Of a stretch of 64,000 nucleotides of DNA, positions 53,743-64,000 are shown one piece after another. Numbering within the stretch: the first letter of the stretch is position 1; each line of letters starts with the position of its first letter. Both the position numbers and the translations under genes were made by a program. This DNA is from an uncultured Chloroflexia bacterium. GTDB taxonomy: Bacteria; Chloroflexota; Anaerolineae; JAAYZQ01. The notes under the pieces are model-generated. The model did no database searches, was not told where the DNA came from, and saw only the letters and a list, made by a program, of their open reading frames with translations. Where the stretch lies: positions 1,216,001 to 1,280,000 of the forward strand of contig CAVOXA010000010.1 in the NCBI GenBank assembly GCA_963700285.1, written 5' to 3'.

Positions 53743-55188
53743 ATGTATTCCCAGACCCCAGACATTGTACCGTTTCCCACATCTTTCAGGGGCGAACTGC
53801 TGTCAAAAGCGGAGCTTGAAACGCTTAAGGGCGGCACGCTGCGCCTGCTGGACGAGGTCGGTGTCCATTTTCCATCCCGCCAGGCGCTGGAGATCATGGC
53901 CGACCACGGCGCCCGGGTGGACATGGAGACAGAGATCGTGCGCATCCCGCCCGATCTGGTGCAAAAGGCCATGTCCACGGCGCCGCGTTCCTTTGTCCTG
54001 GCCGGGCGTGAGCAGCGCTTTGACCTGCTGCTGGACGGGAACAACTCCTACCTGGCCACCGACGGAACCGGGGTACACGTCATCGACCTGGAGACCCGCG
54101 AAATGCGGGCCTCGCGCAAAGAGGACGTGGCCATGATGGCCCGGATATGCGATGCGCTGCCCATGATCAGCTTCTACTGGCCTATGGTCAGCGCGCAGGA
54201 CTATGGCGTGACCGCGCCTCTGCACCAGTGTCACGCCGGGCTGACGAATACGCTCAAGCACGTGCGCGGCGGGATGACAGTGCCCCCGGAATTGGCTCCC
54301 TACGCCGTCGAGATGGTGACGGCGGTGGCCGGCAGCGCCGAGGCGCTGCGAAAGCGACCCCCCATCTGCGCCAACTTCTGTACCATTTCCCCGCTGTCGC
54401 AGGACGGCCACAGCCTCGACACCGCGCTGGCCTATGCCGAGGCGGGCATCCCCATGAGCTTCATGGCCATGCCGACGATGGGTTCGACCGCCCCGGCCAC
54501 GCCCCTGGGCGCCTTGGTCATGGGCGATGCCGAAGTGGTCAGTGCCATGGTCCTGGTACAACTGGCCTATCCTGGCGCGCCTGTACTCTACTCGAACATC
54601 ATCTCGATGATGCACCCCCGCACCGGTGGCTATATCGCCCACTATCCGATAGCCATGAGGTGGATGGTGGTTCAAATGGCCCACGCCTGGGGGGTCCCCA
54701 ACCTGGGCGGCGGCAGTGTGAGCGTCGACGCCACCGGGATTGGCTGGAGCGCGGGCCTGGACACTGCCTCGGGAGCGATGACGATTCCGCTCTATGGCGG
54801 CGAGATCTGCGGCTTCTTGGGGCTGACGGGCAGTTCCATGGTCCTCCAGCCGGAACACATGATTCTGCAGCACGAGGCCTGCCAGTACGCCCACGACCTG
54901 TTGTACGGATTCAAGTTCGATGAAGCGGATATGGCGCTGGACGTGATCGCCGGCGTGGGCCCGCGCAGCCACTTCCTGCTGGAAAGGCACACCGTCAAAC
55001 ACATGCGCGACTTTCCTCTGTCTGCAGCGCAGCGAGAGGACGCGGGTGGCGGCCCCGGAGACGCGCTGGAGGTAGCTCTGAAGGAGCTCAAGCGGCTCAA
55101 CGAGACGCACCGTCCAGAGCCCTTGCCTGACGAGGTACTGGTGGAGCTGGACCGCATCCTGGCAGCGGCAGACTGCGAGGCGGAGTAG
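53743..55188 (+). CDS. MttB-superfamily (trimethylamine methyltransferase-like, non-pyrrolysine) corrinoid methyltransferase 1
   Basis: LLDEVGVHF, ISPL, GSTAPATPLGALV..AEV, QLAYPGAPV, VGPRSHFL; no in-frame TAG. Confidence 0.9.
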   Translation: MYSQTPDIVPFPTSFRGELLSKAELETLKGGTLRLLDEVGVHFPSRQALEIMADHGARVDMETEIVRIPPDLVQKAMSTAPRSFVLAGREQRFDLLLDGNNSYLATDGTGVHVIDLETREMRASRKEDVAMMARICDALPMISFYWPMVSAQDYGVTAPLHQCHAGLTNTLKHVRGGMTVPPELAPYAVEMVTAVAGSAEALRKRPPICANFCTISPLSQDGHSLDTALAYAEAGIPMSFMAMPTMGSTAPATPLGALVMGDAEVVSAMVLVQLAYPGAPVLYSNIISMMHPRTGGYIAHYPIAMRWMVVQMAHAWGVPNLGGGSVSVDATGIGWSAGLDTASGAMTIPLYGGEICGFLGLTGSSMVLQPEHMILQHEACQYAHDLLYGFKFDEADMALDVIAGVGPRSHFLLERHTVKHMRDFPLSAAQREDAGGGPGDALEVALKELKRLNETHRPEPLPDEVLVELDRILAAADCEAE

Positions 55189-55235
55189 ATCTGTCTTCCC
55201 CGGACATGCCAGCTCTACAGAAATGGAGATTAGGG

Positions 55236-57599
55236 ATGCCCAACTCGAACTGTGACCGATATCAAGACGGCATATTGGAGACTCAATCCCCGAGCTTCAC
55301 CATCGAACAAGTTCGAGATATCGCCAACAAGCTATATGGGCTTACTGGTGATTTGTTACCGCTCGCCAGTGAGCGAGACCAGAATTTCCGGTTCAGCACT
55401 GAGGCAGGGGATCAGTTTGTCATCAAGATTGCCAACAGCGCTGAGGATCCAGCGATCATTGATATGCAACTCAAGGCCTTGGAGCATATCGCCGCAGTTG
55501 ATCCTACATTACCTGTACCTGAAGTACTGGTCTCTCGCAACGGACGCGCTATCGAGCAGATTCAAGCTGAGAACGGCACAAATCACAGTATGCGCGTACT
55601 GACCTACTTGTCTGGCGCTCCTCCGAAGGATGATCCCACCGACCACGCGCTGCTCCGTCCGATGGGAACGTGCCTGGCTAGACTCGTTCTGGCTCTGCGA
55701 GGGTTCTTTCATCCTATAGCGAACTATGAACTGCTGTGGGACCTGAAGCATACTTCAAAGCTCAGACGGTATTTGCCCTATATTACCGATGCAGATCATC
55801 ACGAACTGGTCAGCTACTTTCTGGATCGCTTCGATCGGAATGTGCTCCCCCTGATCCCAAAGCTGCGGGCACAGGTGGTTCACAATGACTTTGTGCTCGA
55901 AAATATCCTTGTTGCAGAGAATGATCCTGGACGCATTGTCGGTATTATTGACTTTGGGGACATGACGCATACACCCCTGATCAATGATTTGGCCACTACC
56001 ATCGCACCCATGCTTCTTGAGCAGACTGACCCTGTAGGAGTAGCTGCGGAAATCGTCGCCGGTTACCACGAACTGGTTCCGCTTGAAGAGGCCGAACTGC
56101 GGATACTATACGACCTGATAGCAGCGCGACTGGCAATGCTGAATGTAATTGCATCCTGGCGAGCAACAATCCACCCGTACAATCGAGACTACATTATGGG
56201 GGGAGTCAATGAGACATGGTCCCTTCTTGAGGCATGGCGTGCACAGGATCCGGCAGATGTCACAAAGAAATTCTTCCGGGTCTGTGGTTTATGGGAACTG
56301 GATGAAGGGCATTCGATGCAAGAAGGGGCGAAGGAAACCCTTCAATCTCATCTGGCACGCAGGGCTCGTCTGCTAGGCCCCTGCGCTTACCTGTTCTACG
56401 ATCGCCCATTACATATCGTGCGCGGCGAAGGTGTCTGGTTATATGATGATGATGGCGCGCGATACCTGGATGCATACAATAATGTCGCCCATGTTGGCCA
56501 TTGTCACCCACATGTGGTGAACGCAATTGCCAAGCAGGCGCGGCGACTGAATACCAGCACGCGCTATCTGCACGGGTACATTCTTGAGCTGGCAGAGCAG
56601 ATCACCAAACGGATGCCGGAATCGCTGAGTGTCTGCACGTTTGTGTGTACCGGCTCTGAAGCCAACGAGCTTGCCTGGCAGATGTCGAAGCTGGTATCGG
56701 GCAACAGTGGCGCTCTGATAACCAAATTCTCGTATCATGGTGGCACTGCTGCTACCACACAGTTTAGCACCGAATCCATTCCTGAAGGTAAACTGTCATC
56801 ACACGTGCAAACTCTATTCGCGCCTACCTCGAATTCCACGTTCCGCAAGCCAGATTCTGGCTCAAGTAGCGCGATCTCGGCCTTGGACAAGCACGGGCAC
56901 CAGCCGGCAATGCTGATCTTGGACACAGCTTTTGTCAGCGACGGGATCTACACCTCGCCCAAGGGTTATCTCCAAACTCTCTTTGCAAAGACACATGCTG
57001 CGGGAGGGCTCTGTGTTGCCGACGAAGTCCAGGGCGGTTTTGGACGCCTCGGTCAGCATTTCTGGGGCTTTCAGTTCGATGATGCCATACCCGACATCGT
57101 AACCTTGGGAAAGCCAATGGGCAACGGGCATCCACTCGCTGCTGTAGTAACCCGCCCAGAGATCGCCGAAACCCTCGCCAATGAAACGGGTTACTTTAAT
57201 ACATTCGGCGGTAACCCCGTTTCCTGTGCCGCTGGACTGGCTGTGCTTGAAGTGATCGAAAGAGAAGCGTTGCAGCATAATGCGCTTCAAGTCGGCCAAT
57301 ATCTGAAACAACGTTTGGCCATGCTTCAGCGGGATTATCCTGTGATTGGTGGTTTACACGGTTCGGGACTGCTCCTGGGCATAGATATCATCAAGCCCGA
57401 TGGCGCACCTAACCCGGAAATGGCTGCCCACATCGTGAATCACATGCGCGAGAATGGCGTTCTTATTGGGACCACCGGGCAGAACTACGCAACCCTCAAA
57501 GTCCGCCCACCGATTGTGTTTCAGGAGGAACATGCGGAGATATTGCTTGTGGCCATGACAAAGGTGCTGGACGATGTCTTGAGCCTCAAGTCTGCATGA
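55236..57599 (+). CDS. Fusion of APH-type aminoalcohol kinase and class III PLP enzyme (hydroxylysine kinase / phospho-lyase-like)
   Basis: [23 protein letters not shown]; [49 protein letters not shown]. Confidence 0.88.
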   Translation: MPNSNCDRYQDGILETQSPSFTIEQVRDIANKLYGLTGDLLPLASERDQNFRFSTEAGDQFVIKIANSAEDPAIIDMQLKALEHIAAVDPTLPVPEVLVSRNGRAIEQIQAENGTNHSMRVLTYLSGAPPKDDPTDHALLRPMGTCLARLVLALRGFFHPIANYELLWDLKHTSKLRRYLPYITDADHHELVSYFLDRFDRNVLPLIPKLRAQVVHNDFVLENILVAENDPGRIVGIIDFGDMTHTPLINDLATTIAPMLLEQTDPVGVAAEIVAGYHELVPLEEAELRILYDLIAARLAMLNVIASWRATIHPYNRDYIMGGVNETWSLLEAWRAQDPADVTKKFFRVCGLWELDEGHSMQEGAKETLQSHLARRARLLGPCAYLFYDRPLHIVRGEGVWLYDDDGARYLDAYNNVAHVGHCHPHVVNAIAKQARRLNTSTRYLHGYILELAEQITKRMPESLSVCTFVCTGSEANELAWQMSKLVSGNSGALITKFSYHGGTAATTQFSTESIPEGKLSSHVQTLFAPTSNSTFRKPDSGSSSAISALDKHGHQPAMLILDTAFVSDGIYTSPKGYLQTLFAKTHAAGGLCVADEVQGGFGRLGQHFWGFQFDDAIPDIVTLGKPMGNGHPLAAVVTRPEIAETLANETGYFNTFGGNPVSCAAGLAVLEVIEREALQHNALQVGQYLKQRLAMLQRDYPVIGGLHGSGLLLGIDIIKPDGAPNPEMAAHIVNHMRENGVLIGTTGQNYATLKVRPPIVFQEEHAEILLVAMTKVLDDVLSLKSA

Positions 57600-57670
57600 G
57601 ACGGATAGTCCAAAGTGCACAGCGACGATAATTCCGGTGAGTCGCAATCAAAATCCAAAAGGAGGCGATC

Positions 57671-58813
57671 ATGAAAGTACTAGTTCTGGGAGGTGCAGGC
57701 GCTGTCTGTAGCGAGACCACCCGCGACCTGGCACAATACAGCAAGTTCGACGAAATCGTGGTTGCAGACTACAACCTTGATGCCGCCAGCCAGCTCATCC
57801 AGGAGATCGACGACCCAAGGTTGCGAGCTGTCCAATTTGATGCAAACGATTACGACTCAATGCTTAGGCTATTTCCAGGTCATGATGTCGTGATCAGTGG
57901 TTTGCCCTGTGCATATGACCCGGTCGTCACCAAGGCCTGTGTTGAGGCGGGTGTGAATGGATTGGATGTGGCCACAGAAGAAGACCAGTGGAGCCACAAT
58001 GCCGCTGCCAAAGCCAAAGATCTGGTCTATATCCCGGGAGTGGGGGCGACACCCGGCATCACCAATGCTATGGTCAAACATGCGGCAAACCAAATGGATC
58101 GAGTTGACGAAATCCAGATCAATTTCGCCGCCTTCCGCTGCCCTGCACCAGCTCCTGGCTTGTTAGTAACGTTTCTGTGGGAATTCGATCCTAACACGGA
58201 CACCAGGTTCTATTATGAAAACGGAGAGTATCATCGGGTTGGACCTTTTGAAGGACTAAAAACGGTGGACTATGGGGGAGAAATCGGAGTTCAGGAAGTC
58301 TGTTATATCCCTCATCCTGAAACACGAACCATGCCCAAAAGCCTGGGCGTCAAGAATGTCTCCGTGCACGGATGTTTCCCGCCCCAGGCCATGAATCTTG
58401 CCAAGACTCTGCTGGAATGGGGTTTGTTTGACGAGGAACCGTTCACCTACAAGGGTGCTGAGACCAATTCCCAGGAAATGATGTACGAACTTTTGCTTCG
58501 CTCTCCCCGGACCAAGGAAACACCAGTCTGGGGTTATGGATTGGTCGCAGAGGTATTTGGCAAGAAAGACGGTAAAGACTTGAAGATTAAGCTTTGGAAC
58601 GAACACCCACCCATGGCAGAGTGGGGTGGGAAAGCTGCCTATTACAAGAATATCGGCATCCCATTGAGCATCGGTGCGCAGATGATCGCCCGCGGCGATG
58701 TGGGGGTGCGCGGCGTCGTGCCCCCGGAGACAGCCATCGACCCCTTGATCTTTTTCGATGAACTGAAGCTGCGGGGCATCACGATCAGAGAAGAAGTAGA
58801 GTGGCTTGAGTAG
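57671..58813 (+). CDS. Saccharopine dehydrogenase / lysine 6-dehydrogenase family oxidoreductase
   Basis: KVLVLGGAG Rossmann motif, GVGATPGITN, HPETRTMP, GVVPPE. Confidence 0.85.
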   Translation: MKVLVLGGAGAVCSETTRDLAQYSKFDEIVVADYNLDAASQLIQEIDDPRLRAVQFDANDYDSMLRLFPGHDVVISGLPCAYDPVVTKACVEAGVNGLDVATEEDQWSHNAAAKAKDLVYIPGVGATPGITNAMVKHAANQMDRVDEIQINFAAFRCPAPAPGLLVTFLWEFDPNTDTRFYYENGEYHRVGPFEGLKTVDYGGEIGVQEVCYIPHPETRTMPKSLGVKNVSVHGCFPPQAMNLAKTLLEWGLFDEEPFTYKGAETNSQEMMYELLLRSPRTKETPVWGYGLVAEVFGKKDGKDLKIKLWNEHPPMAEWGGKAAYYKNIGIPLSIGAQMIARGDVGVRGVVPPETAIDPLIFFDELKLRGITIREEVEWLE

Positions 58814-58833
58814 TTGCCACTAATTACACTGAT

Positions 58834-58932
58834 CCTGTCACTGCGAGGCCCGTCGTTTTGGCCGTGGCAGTCCCCGACTCTATCGCAAGGGGGGATTGCT
58901 TCGCCGCAAACGGCGCGACTCGCAATGACAGG
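58834..58932. repeat. Palindromic REP-like element (GTCAYTGCGAG...GATTGCTTC...CTCGCAATGAC type)
   Basis: Terminal inverted repeats CCTGTCACTGCGAG / CTCGCAATGACAGG plus inner arms GGCAGTCCCC / GGGGATTGCT. Confidence 0.75.
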
Positions 58933-58949
58933 GTTGAATGGGAGGAAAC

Positions 58950-60394
58950 ATGGACGGTCAAACACCCCAAATAGAACCGATTGTTCCAGCCTATCGGGTT
59001 CGTATCCTCAGCGATGAGAAGCTGGAGACGTTCAAATCAAACACCTTCACAATCCTCGACGAGACAGGTTTTCACTGTCCTTCGGAGAGGGCGCTGAAAG
59101 ATCTATGCAGAACATGGTGCTGTGGTAGATTTTGACACGCAGAGGGTAAAACTGTCGCCGGATCTGATCCTGGATGCCCTTTCTCACGCGCCGCGCTACT
59201 ACACCATGGGGGCGCGAACTGAGGCCTTCGATCTTGATCTGTCAAGGGCGGTCACTTATGTAGGTACGGATGGCACCGGGACCCGGACCATCGACTATGT
59301 GACGCGAGAACTGCGCTCTTCCACCAAGGATGATGTGGCCAAATCGGCCCGGATTTCCGATTACCTGGCTTGCATCAGTTTCTATTGGCCCATGGTCAGT
59401 GCCCAAGATCACCCTATTTCCCCCTCACTGCACGAGTTGGATGCTTCCTTCAACAATACCCTCAAGCACGTCCAGACTCCGACCGTGGTGGAGGAGATTA
59501 CCGCACGCTACGCAGTGGAAATGGCAAAGGTGGTGGCGGGGAGTGAGGAGGAAATGCGGAAACGCCCCCCTCTCTCATTGCTGATCTGCACGATTGCCCC
59601 ACTGGCTATGGATGCTGAAAGTATGGACGCAGCGCTGGTGGCGGCCGAGGCGGGCATACCGGTGGGCTTTATGGCCATGCCCAACACCGGCTCCACGGCG
59701 CCCGCCACATTGGCAGGAACCCTATCTCTTGGCGACGCAGAGATCGTCTCGGCCATGGTGCTGGTTCAGATGGCCTATCCCGGTGCACCGATATACCACT
59801 CCTTGATGCCCGGAATGACTCACCCCCGCACGGGTGCGTACTATGGTCATGACAGCCACGTCTATGCCATTGGTGTCGAGTTGGCTCACATGTGGGGCGT
59901 TCCAACTCTGGCCGGAATGGGTGGCACGGACGCACACGGGCTGGGCTGGGAGAGCGGTATGGGTGGCGGCAAGAGTTCGTTGCTGAGCGCGCTATGTGGC
60001 GCGGAAACTGGCAACGGAATGGGACTGCTGCGAGGAAGCACCTTGTTGTACCCGGAGGCCCTGGTTTTGGATAGGGAAATCTATGACAATGTTCGCGATG
60101 CTGTGGCGGGATTGGATACCAGCCCCGACCATATGGCTCTGGATGTCATTCAGAGCGGTGGGGCCGCGCGGCCATTTCCTCAGGGAAAGGCACACTCGAG
60201 ACCATTTCCGCAAATTGGGTTTTTCAGAGATTGTGTATATTGCAGACACAGGTGGCAGTTACCGGGACCCACTTGAAGTTGCCAAAGAAAAAACCGACTG
60301 GATTCTGGAGAATCACCACCCGGAGCCGTTGGACGAAGCGCAGCAGGCGGAATTCAAGCGCATTCTCCAGGCGGCAGAGCGGGAATTGGCGTAG
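58950..60394 (+). CDS. MttB-superfamily methyltransferase 2 (frameshifts ~59100 and ~60155)
   Basis: Paralog of 53743: ISFYWPMVSAQD, NTLKHV, GSTAPATLAG, VGPRGHFL. Confidence 0.88.
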
Positions 60395-60436
60395 AGACTG
60401 GCGCGCAGTGAGATACTTATGCAGGAGGCGAAATCG

Positions 60437-62890
60437 ATGACTGAACGATCTTTTCCGACACAGGCACAGGTGGTTATCATTGGCGGCGGCGTGATTGGTT
60501 GCAGCGTGGCCTATCATCTGACGAAACTGGGTTGGCGAGACGTCGTGCTTTTGGAACGCAAAGATCTGACCTGCGGCACCACGTGGCACGCGGCCGGGTT
60601 GGCCGAGAGCGGGCTGTTTGCCTCGGCGGTCAAGAGCGACATGGCGAAATACACGCAGGAGCTCTTCCAAAGATTGGGAGAAGAAACCGGCCAGGATACC
60701 GGTTTCCGCAGGGTTGGCTTCCTCGAACTGGCATCTACCGAAGAGTGGGTGGAAGGGTTACGGCGCGTGGCGGACTTTGGCCGCTACAGCGGTCACGTGA
60801 TCGAAGAACTATCCCCTTCCGAGATCGCAAAGATGTGGCCGCTGCTCAGAACCGATGATTTGCTGGCCGGGTTCTACTGCCCGGACGATGCTCGCGTCAA
60901 CCCGGTGGATGTGACCATGGCTCTTGCAAAGGGCGCTCGCATGGGCGGCGCACTCATTTTCGAGGATACCAAGGTTACGGCGATCAAGCAGAAGAATGGC
61001 CGGGTGACCGGTGTAGTTACTGAAAAGGGAGAAATCACGGCCGAGTACGTGGTCAATTGCGGCGGGATGTGGGGGCGCGAGCTGGGCCAGATGGCGGGTG
61101 TCAATGTGCCCTTGTATGCCGCCGAGCATTATTACCTGATCACCGAGCCGATAGAGGGAATCCATCCGGACTTGCCGATTCTGGATGACGCGGCCCGCTT
61201 TGCCTACTATCGAGAGGAGACTGGCGGGCTGATGATCGGTCTCTTCGAGCCAGTGGCGGCTCCCTGGGGCATGAAGGGCATACCGGAAGGTTTCAAATTC
61301 GACGAACTGACGCCGGATTGGGATCGTATGATCCCGCATCTCGAGCTCGCGATGGAACGTATCCCGGTGTCGAAAACGGCCGGGGTGCACAAGTTCTTCT
61401 GTGGGCCGGAGAGTTTCACGCCGGACCAGGAGCCGTTGATGGGCGAAGCGCCCGAGTTGAAGAATTTCTACGTGGCTGCGGGATTCAACTCGCTGGGCAT
61501 TCTGCTTGGCGGCGGTGTTGGGCAGGTGATGGCCCAGTGGATCGTGGACGGCCTGCCGCCGATTGACATCACTGAGCTGGACATCGCGCGTATGTCCCCG
61601 TTCCAGAACAATCCTCGCTATCTGCGCGACCGGACTGTTGAAGCTCTCGGGCTGCTGTACGCTCAGGACTATTTCAATCTCCAGGCGGAGACGGCTCGCA
61701 ACGTTCGCAAATCACCATTCTACGACCGGCTGGCCGAGGCGGGAGCCTATTTTGGCGCCTATGCCGGCTGGGAGTATGCGGATTGGTTCGCCCCAGAGGG
61801 GGTCGAGCCCAAAGTAGCGTATACCTGGGGGCGGCAGAATTGGTTCGAGTATACCGCCGCCGAGCATCGAGCCGCGCGCGAAGGCGTGATATTGATGGAC
61901 TACTCTGTGATGGGAAAACTGCTGGTGCAGGGGCGGGATGCGGAACAAGCCCTCAACTGGATCTGCGCCAACAATGTGGCGGTACCTGCCGGACAGTGCG
62001 TCTATACCACATGGTTGAACGAACGCGGCCGGATCGAGGCCGACCTGACCGTCACGCGCCTGGCGCAAGATCAATACCTCATCCTCACCGGGGATGGGAC
62101 CATCACCGCGGTCCAGGCCTGGCTGAAGCGGAATATCCCTGCCGGTGCGCACGTAGTTGTGACCAACGTCACCTCTGCCTACAGCGTGCTGAATATCCAG
62201 GGGCCGAAATCCCGCGACCTGTTGGCCGGCGTGACGAATGCTGACATGTCAAACGGTGCGTTTCCGTTTCTAGCCTTGCAGGAGATTGACATCGGCTACG
62301 CCCCAGTCCTCGCCTTGCGGGTGAGCTACGTGGGTGAATTGGGCTGGGAGCTCTATATCCCCACCGAGTTCTCACTCCACGTCTTTGACACCCTCGTAGA
62401 GGCGGGCCAGGACGTCGGACTGGTGTTTGCCGGGCTGCAGGCGCTGGAAACGTTGCGTTTGGAGAAGGCGTATCGTGACTATGGGAACGACGTCGACAAC
62501 TTGGATACGCCGCTGGAGGTAGGATTGAGCCGCTTTGTAGATTTCGACAAGCCTGGCGGGTTCATCGGCAAGGAGGCGCTCTTGCGGCACAAGCAGGCTG
62601 GCGTCAAGCACCGCCTGGTACAGTTCCTGCTGGAGGACCCCGAGCCGCTGCTGTACTACAACGAGATCATCTACCGTGACGGAGAGCCTGTTGGCCGCAT
62701 CCTGGCAGGCGGTTATGGGCACACGCTGGGGGCGTCGGTGGGGCTAGGTTACGTGGAGAATGAAGGTGGAGTCACCGTCGATTATATCAAGAGTGGGAGC
62801 TACGAGATCAAGATAGCGGGCACGCGCTATCCGGCAAAAGCGTCAGTGCAGCCATTGTACGATCCGAAAGGAGAAAGAATCCGTTCCTGA
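60437..62890 (+). CDS. FAD-dependent dimethylglycine/sarcosine dehydrogenase-like protein with GcvT (THF-binding) domain
   Basis: VVIIGGGVIG, GTTWHAAG, GPESFTPD, SYVGELGWEL, LRLEKAY, YDPKGERIR. Confidence 0.92.
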   Translation: MTERSFPTQAQVVIIGGGVIGCSVAYHLTKLGWRDVVLLERKDLTCGTTWHAAGLAESGLFASAVKSDMAKYTQELFQRLGEETGQDTGFRRVGFLELASTEEWVEGLRRVADFGRYSGHVIEELSPSEIAKMWPLLRTDDLLAGFYCPDDARVNPVDVTMALAKGARMGGALIFEDTKVTAIKQKNGRVTGVVTEKGEITAEYVVNCGGMWGRELGQMAGVNVPLYAAEHYYLITEPIEGIHPDLPILDDAARFAYYREETGGLMIGLFEPVAAPWGMKGIPEGFKFDELTPDWDRMIPHLELAMERIPVSKTAGVHKFFCGPESFTPDQEPLMGEAPELKNFYVAAGFNSLGILLGGGVGQVMAQWIVDGLPPIDITELDIARMSPFQNNPRYLRDRTVEALGLLYAQDYFNLQAETARNVRKSPFYDRLAEAGAYFGAYAGWEYADWFAPEGVEPKVAYTWGRQNWFEYTAAEHRAAREGVILMDYSVMGKLLVQGRDAEQALNWICANNVAVPAGQCVYTTWLNERGRIEADLTVTRLAQDQYLILTGDGTITAVQAWLKRNIPAGAHVVVTNVTSAYSVLNIQGPKSRDLLAGVTNADMSNGAFPFLALQEIDIGYAPVLALRVSYVGELGWELYIPTEFSLHVFDTLVEAGQDVGLVFAGLQALETLRLEKAYRDYGNDVDNLDTPLEVGLSRFVDFDKPGGFIGKEALLRHKQAGVKHRLVQFLLEDPEPLLYYNEIIYRDGEPVGRILAGGYGHTLGASVGLGYVENEGGVTVDYIKSGSYEIKIAGTRYPAKASVQPLYDPKGERIRS

Positions 62891-62995
62891 TTACGAAAAA
62901 CGCACCTGCCGAGGCTGGTTTCTACATGCCGGCCGAATGGGAAAAGCACGAAAGCGCCTAGCTGAGGACAGACATCCGCGTTTGTTGGTAACTGA

Positions 62996-63022
62996 GGGTT
63001 CAACCCCCGTCATCCACCCAGT
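62996..63022 (+). repeat. Distal att copy (tRNA-His 3' fragment)
   Basis: 27-bp exact match to 44282-44308. Confidence 0.92.
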
Positions 63023-63051
63023 TTTCCCCGCAAGGGGGAAAATCCTCTACC

Positions 63052-63084
63052 AGAGGCTCGTTCCCGACGGGCCTCTTTTCTTTT
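63052..63084 (+). terminator. Terminator hairpin after the distal att (probable original tRNA terminator)
   Basis: AGAGGCTCGT-TCCCG-ACGGGCCTCT-TTTCTTTT. Confidence 0.7.
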
Positions 63085-63286
63085 CCCCATACAGTCGCCG
63101 CTGGGCCTTCCGGCGGAGGTCACAAACGGAACGGCCGAGGAGCCGGTGCTCGAACGCCGGACCCCGGCCTACCGTACCCACCGGGAATACCACGGATAGG
63201 ATCTGACTGTCCGTTTCGTTGCCTACCCTGCCCCGAGCGAGCCAGACACCCAGCAGCGAGTGCCTTTGCACAAAAGGCAGTTCCGG

Positions 63287-64000
63287 CTACGAGGCCAGAA
63301 GCAGACCGATGGCCATCAAGACGGGCGTCGTGATATTGAGCAGTACGTTGAAGCCCATATACTTGAGCAACCTGGGCAGGTCTTCCCCATAGCGGTATAC
63401 ACCCACAGATGCCATGACCGCCAGGGGAAGGGTCAGAAGCCCCAGCAAACTGGCTGCCGGCAGATAGCCAAGCCAGACGCCTATCCCGATCGACAGGTAG
63501 GTCGCCAGCAGGAACAGGCCGTAGATGATGCTGCAGCGTCGCTTGCCGATCAGGATGGGCAGATTCCGCCTGCCCACAGCCTGGTCCACTTCCACATCGG
63601 GGAATTGATTCAGCAGTAACAGGTCGTTGCCCAGGAAGAAGGGAGGGAGTGCGGCAAAGAGGGCGGTCACCGTGTACTCTCCAGTCAGGACATAGTAGGT
63701 ACCCGTGACCATGAGCAGTCCAAACCCCAGTCCGGTGACGATCAGCGAGATCAGGGGTTTGCGAGTGATCCAGCTTGTGTAGGCCACGATGACCAACAGC
63801 CCAAGCAGACCCAAGGGCAGAATGGGCCAACCCCGGACAATTAGGAAGTAGAGCCCGATCAGGGCCGTAACTCCCAGGCATGCCACCGCCACACCCAGCG
63901 CAAAAGGCGCCAGGTCGGGCCTCTCGCGCAAGGTGCCACTGCCACCGCTGAAAGGCGTCGGATCACTCTGCAGGTCGAGACCGCTCTTGAAGTCGAGGTA
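63287..64000 (-). CDS. UbiA/MenA-family prenyltransferase (5' end beyond window)
   Basis: YLDFKSGLD...TPFSGGSG; LLLNQFPDVEVDQAVGRRNL; multiple TMs. Confidence 0.85.
   Translation of the reverse strand, partial: YLDFKSGLDLQSDPTPFSGGSGTLRERPDLAPFALGVAVACLGVTALIGLYFLIVRGWPILPLGLLGLLVIVAYTSWITRKPLISLIVTGLGFGLLMVTGTYYVLTGEYTVTALFAALPPFFLGNDLLLLNQFPDVEVDQAVGRRNLPILIGKRRCSIIYGLFLLATYLSIGIGVWLGYLPAASLLGLLTLPLAVMASVGVYRYGEDLPRLLKYMGFNVLLNITTPVLMAIGLLLAS

Larger units (their letters stand above)
44282..63022. mobile_element. Tandem genomic island array integrated at tRNA-His (att copies at 44282-44308, 45896-45919, 62996-63022); no integrase seen
   Basis: 27-bp exact direct repeat GGGTTCAACCCCCGTCATCCACCCAGT at both ends; internal copy 22/24 identical; accessory cargo. 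Confidence 0.85.

Noticed and set aside
53743-60394. Pyrrolysine-containing MttB
   Set aside because: No in-frame TAG in either paralog's conserved region and no pyl genes in the window.

Overview
GC-rich bacterial chromosome segment, most consistent with Chloroflexota (Anaerolineae-like). That assignment is inferred from gene content: an hrcA-grpE-dnaK-dnaJ-prmA-rsmE operon with CIRCE, DnaK carrying the N-terminal insert, PT/PE-linker secreted proteins and BTAD-ATPase regulators. Many single-base frameshifts in conserved genes (rpoC, lhr, mttB) point to an unpolished long-read assembly. Core content: rpoC 3' end, a ThiP/ThiQ-like ABC transporter, an ion transporter/USP operon, a VanW protein, the chaperone operon, EPS genes, an acyl-CoA dehydrogenase, Lhr helicase and tRNA-His. 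Highlights: (1) A complete monocistronic unit missed by the ORF track, in which a c-di-AMP (ydaO) riboswitch with terminator controls a 48-aa unknown protein. (2) An AfsK/AfsR/AfsS-like signalling locus: duplicated small genes with SARP-type heptamer-repeat promoters, an AfsR-like STAND regulator, two Ser/Thr kinases and a PP2C phosphatase. (3) An ~18.7-kb integrase-less tandem island array in tRNA-His, marked by three att copies. It carries an AbiE toxin-antitoxin pair, two convergent FGE/CLec proteins with DGR-target-like ends bracketed by 27-bp inverted repeats, and a GntR-led operon (two non-pyrrolysine MttB, kinase/PLP phospho-lyase fusion, lysine/saccharopine dehydrogenase-like enzyme, DMG dehydrogenase-like GcvT protein) suggesting an undescribed catabolic route for an N-methylated hydroxy-amino compound. 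All calls were made by eye without database searches.
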